A program made the translations under genes and the position numbers. Under the pieces are notes generated by a model. That model was not told where the DNA came from, did not search any database, and worked only from the letters and a program-made list of their open reading frames with translations. Below, piece by piece: positions 60,953 through 64,000 of a stretch of 64,000 nt of DNA (the stretch's first letter is position 1; each line of letters starts with the position of its first letter). The stretch is taken from positions 7,414 through 71,413 of the forward strand of contig CAZHFZ010000009.1 in assembly GCA_964531455.1 (NCBI GenBank), written 5' to 3'. The DNA is from an uncultured Bordetella sp. Lineage in GTDB: Bacteria; Pseudomonadota; Gammaproteobacteria; Burkholderiales; SG8-41.

Positions 60953-62259
60953 GCTGCTGCCTTCAATCCTTCGGGCTGCGCCAGCCACGGCACCGTCACA
61001 TTAAAAGCTTGAGCAACCGCAATGCCTGCCTTGAGCCCGTCCTCGTGAAAACCATAGCCGGTCCAGGCCCCGCAATACCAGGTGTTGTGTCGCCCCTGAA
61101 GACCGGGCAACCGCGCCTGCGCGGCGATGCTGCCCAGATCAAACACCGGATGGGCATAGCGGTAGCTGTCGATCAGGCACTCCGGGCGCGGCGGATGTGC
61201 AGGATTCAGCGTTACGATGACCGGCCGGGCAAACGGCAGCGGTTGCAGTTTGTTGATCAGGTAACTGACCCCCACCGGCCGACCGGCATCGGTTTCGCGA
61301 TCGGCGTGATAGTTCCAGGCTGACCACGCCGAACGCCGGCGCGGCAGAAAGCTTTCGTCGGTATGCAGCACGACTTCGTTGTCCTGATAACCAATGGCGC
61401 CAAGAACCCGGCGCTCTGCGGCATCCGCATCACCGAGCAGTCGCAGTGCCTGGTCACTGTGGCAGGCCATGACCACTGCATCAAAATGCTCTGCCGCATG
61501 TCCCATACAGTGCAAAGTTGCGCCGCGAGGGTCGCGAACGACCTGCTGCACCGGCATGTTGATCCGGATATCGGGAATGTCCGCAGCCAGTTTTTCAACA
61601 TACCTTTTCGCGCCGCCGTTCACCGTGCGCCACTTCGGCCGGTCGCTGACCTGAAGCAGGCCGTGGTTGGCACAGAACGTGAAAAACGTCCGCGCCGGAT
61701 ACTGCAACATTGCGGCCGTCGGACAGGACCAGATCGCGCCAGCCATCGGCAGCAGATACCAGTCGCGGAATGCCCGGCCATAACCGCCCTTATCAAGGAA
61801 TTCACCCAGGGACTGCACAGAGTCGACTGGTTGCTGCGCCAACGCGGTGGCTTCCTTGTTGAAACGCAGGATATCCCCGAGCATGCCCCAGAACGCAGGG
61901 AGCAGCAGATTGCGGCGTTGCGCAAACACGGTTGACAGGTTACTGCCCGCCCACTCCAGGCGTTCAGCCGCCAGCCGTACCGAAAACGACATGTCGCTGG
62001 CCGTGGACTCCACATCAAGGTGGTCAAACAGCGCGATCAGATTCGGATAGGTGCGCTCATTGAATACCAGGAACCCGGTATCCACCGGCGCGGTGATGCC
62101 GTCGAGAGTGACATCAACAGTATGCGTATGACCACCCAGATAATCGTTTGCCTCAAGCAGCGTAACCGTATGGGTGCGCGACAACAGCCATGCCGCCGAC
62201 AGCCCGGCAATGCCGGAACCGACGACAGCGATGCGTTTGCCGCGTTGCTCTTTTTTCAC
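60949..62259 (-). CDS. NAD(P)/FAD-dependent oxidoreductase, amine-oxidase / phytoene-desaturase-like (UfaD-like)
   Basis: KRIAVVGSGIAGLSAAWLL ... LLEANDYLGGHTHT is the dinucleotide fold plus GG motif. 436 aa. Confidence 0.85.
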   Translation of the reverse strand: MKKEQRGKRIAVVGSGIAGLSAAWLLSRTHTVTLLEANDYLGGHTHTVDVTLDGITAPVDTGFLVFNERTYPNLIALFDHLDVESTASDMSFSVRLAAERLEWAGSNLSTVFAQRRNLLLPAFWGMLGDILRFNKEATALAQQPVDSVQSLGEFLDKGGYGRAFRDWYLLPMAGAIWSCPTAAMLQYPARTFFTFCANHGLLQVSDRPKWRTVNGGAKRYVEKLAADIPDIRINMPVQQVVRDPRGATLHCMGHAAEHFDAVVMACHSDQALRLLGDADAAERRVLGAIGYQDNEVVLHTDESFLPRRRSAWSAWNYHADRETDAGRPVGVSYLINKLQPLPFARPVIVTLNPAHPPRPECLIDSYRYAHPVFDLGSIAAQARLPGLQGRHNTWYCGAWTGYGFHEDGLKAGIAVAQAFNVTVPWLAQPEGLKAAA

Positions 62260-62267
62260 GGCAGTGT

Positions 62268-63062
62268 TTATTTGACGCGTTCGACCAGTGCGTAGGCCGA
62301 GTGGTTGTGTATGGACTCGAAGTTCTCGGCTTCGACCTTGTAACTGCGCACGCGCTGGTCGGCGTCGAGGCGCAGCGCAATGTCACGCACCAGATCCTCG
62401 ACAAATTTCGGATTGTCGTAGGCGCGTTCGGTGACGTATTTCTCGTCAGGCCGCTTGAGCAGGCCATACACTTCGCATGAGGCCTCCTGTTCGGCTATGC
62501 CCGCGATTTCCTCGATCGTCAGCGTGGCGTCGGCCTGCACGGTGATGGTGATATGCGAACGCTGGTTGTGCGCGCCGTATTCGGAAATCTCCTTCGAACA
62601 CGGGCACAGGCTGGTAGCCGGTGCCGAAACCTGGGTGGTGAAGACCGTGCCGGCGGCAGTGCGCTCGCCGCGCAGCATCACCTTGTAATCAAGCAGGCTG
62701 GACACGCCGGACACCGGTGCGCGTTTGCTGATGAAATACGGAAAACGCATCTCGATCATGCCGGTATCGGCGTCGAGACGTTTGATCATCCGCGACAGCA
62801 ACCCGGCAAAGCCGGCAGCATCCAGCGCGTCATCATGCTGCTGCAGCACTTCAACAAATCGGGACATGTGGGTGCCTTTGACCTCGGGCGGAAGTCCCAC
62901 GGTCATGTCGACGGTTGCAACGCTTGAGACCACACCACCATTGGCGCTTGCAATCCGCACCGGGTGAACCAGCGATTTCACGCCAACATGATTGATGTAG
63001 ATGTTGCGACGGTCGGTGATGGCCTGAACATCAGGCAAAAGCCATTGATCGGGGGCGTTCAT
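62268..63062 (-). CDS. folE2: GTP cyclohydrolase FolE2 (type IB)
   Basis: LPDVQ ... INHVGVKSLVHPV ... VKGTHMSRF ... SLCPCSKEISEYGAHNQRS are FolE2/MptA family motifs. Confidence 0.9.
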   Translation of the reverse strand: MNAPDQWLLPDVQAITDRRNIYINHVGVKSLVHPVRIASANGGVVSSVATVDMTVGLPPEVKGTHMSRFVEVLQQHDDALDAAGFAGLLSRMIKRLDADTGMIEMRFPYFISKRAPVSGVSSLLDYKVMLRGERTAAGTVFTTQVSAPATSLCPCSKEISEYGAHNQRSHITITVQADATLTIEEIAGIAEQEASCEVYGLLKRPDEKYVTERAYDNPKFVEDLVRDIALRLDADQRVRSYKVEAENFESIHNHSAYALVERVK

Positions 63063-63102
63063 AAAATCTCCTGTTGGGGAATTGGCGCGACAGTCAGTGA
63101 AG

Positions 63103-63273
63103 ATTGGGACAATTGTTTACCAGCGATACGCAAAATTTGCGGGCTTGGTAAATCATCATGCAACATTGGGACGCGTTGACTTTGTCCAATGTTTGTCCAA
63201 TAATAACCTAGTCAAAGATACATAAAACTCCTTTAAATTCCCATTTTCAACCGACAAAACTCCTATTTGTCCA
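63103..63273. promoter_or_regulatory. Five copies of a GTCC(C)AAT-type motif in the folE2 / carH-like divergent intergenic region (candidate operator set)
   Basis: The minus-oriented copies are GTCCCAAT at 63110-63103 and 63172-63165. The plus-oriented copies are TTTGTCCAAT at 63181-63190 and 63192-63201. A partial copy TTTGTCCA lies at 63266-63273. Confidence 0.45.
63176..63204 (+). promoter_or_regulatory. Candidate sigma70 promoter of the carH/litR-like gene, with the tandem motif filling the spacer
   Basis: TTGACT (63176-63181), a 17-nt spacer, then AATAAT (63199-63204). This is 76 nt upstream of ATG 63280. Sequence match only. Confidence 0.35.
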
Positions 63274-63279
63274 TGACAG

Positions 63280-64000
63280 ATGATTAATGCCTCCGCAAAC
63301 CCCCGGGATACCACCGAAGCCAGCTACAACATAGCAGCGGTCGAGCGGGATACCGGCCTGTCAAAGGACACTCTGCGGGTATGGGAACGCCGCTACGGTT
63401 TTCCCAAACCACTGCGCGACCAGCACGACGAACGCCTGTATTCGCTGCCCGAACTGGAAAAATTGCGGCTGTTGCGCCTGCTGATCGATTACGGTCACCG
63501 TCCAGGCAAAATCATCAATCGCAGCATATCAGAACTGACACAGCTGATTTCCTCGCGTGCGCCTGAGCAGACGCCTCCGCCGGAAATTGACGCCATTCTG
63601 GGCCTGCTATTGAGTCACGATGTCGACGGCTTTCGAAACGCCCTGATGCAGGCATTGATGAAACAGGGGCTGCTTCGATTCGTAACAGATACGGTAACTG
63701 CCTTGAATCACTGGATCGGCGACGCCTGGCTGGCGGGCCGGGTTGCGATTTTTGACGAGCACTTGTACTCGGAACACATCCAGAACATCCTGCGCAACGC
63801 AATCATCGCGCAACCCGGCCGCGGCATGACGCCGCGGGTATTGCTGACCTCCCTGCCTGGCGAAAAACACCGCATCGGCCTGCTGATGGTTGAGGCCGTG
63901 CTGACGGCAGAGGGCGCCGCCTGCGTTGCGCTCGGCACGGAAACGCCGGTGATCGACATCAAAAACGCGACGCCGGCTTACCAGGTCGACGTCGTTGCAT
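63280..64000 (+). CDS. MerR-family regulator with cobalamin-binding domain (CarH/LitR-type light-responsive repressor); 3' end outside window
   Basis: Not in the ORF track (no stop in window). My translation from ATG 63280 is YNIAAVERDTGLSKDTLRVWERRYGFPKP (MerR HTH) ... WLAGRVAIFDEH (Wx9EH, 63727-63762) ... GEKHRIG (ExHxxG, 63862-63879) ... ALGTE. Confidence 0.8.
   Translation, partial: MINASANPRDTTEASYNIAAVERDTGLSKDTLRVWERRYGFPKPLRDQHDERLYSLPELEKLRLLRLLIDYGHRPGKIINRSISELTQLISSRAPEQTPPPEIDAILGLLLSHDVDGFRNALMQALMKQGLLRFVTDTVTALNHWIGDAWLAGRVAIFDEHLYSEHIQNILRNAIIAQPGRGMTPRVLLTSLPGEKHRIGLLMVEAVLTAEGAACVALGTETPVIDIKNATPAYQVDVVA

Overview
GC-rich proteobacterial chromosome. Gene order and a Bug/TctC-family binding protein fit a betaproteobacterium best, but this is an impression, not a computed result. 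About two thirds of the window is conserved housekeeping DNA. That includes the rpsP-rimM-trmD-rplS operon, ffh, ypjD/corC-like genes, pilC-pilD-coaE-zapD-yacG and a secA-argJ-ATPase-Nudix operon. It also includes a complete minus-strand dcw cell-division/cell-wall cluster (mraZ through lpxC, 30.8-49.4 kb) with a recognisable Pmra promoter and MraZ boxes, rnpB (RNase P RNA), chaC-pyrC, and the rsmI / lpoA-yraN-diaA-BON locus. Two accessory regions stand out. (1) 1-10.7 kb holds an 11-gene minus-strand cluster facing a divergent GntR regulator. It mixes a leaderless Cys-type sulfatase, a SuyAB-like split SAF/UxaA lyase, a ThDP enzyme, a TtdAB-like Fe-S hydro-lyase, an orphan Bug binding protein and a four-subunit Sdh/Frd-like complex whose flavoprotein gene is separated from the other three subunit genes. 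I do not recognise this as a described pathway. (2) 55.4-64 kb holds a translationally coupled nine-gene operon headed by folE2. It contains a UfaD/UfaO/UfaM-like trio (furan fatty acid type chemistry) and faces a MerR-type regulator carrying both B12 photoreceptor motifs (Wx9EH, ExHxxG). The shared intergenic region contains five copies of a GTCC(C)AAT motif. I saw no rRNA, tRNA, CRISPR array, transposase or integrase. Many long ORFs in the track are antisense shadow ORFs typical of GC-rich DNA. Several track ORFs carry spurious N-terminal extensions, so I give trimmed starts where an upstream stop, an RBS or family alignment supports them. Start codons are therefore less certain than stop codons.
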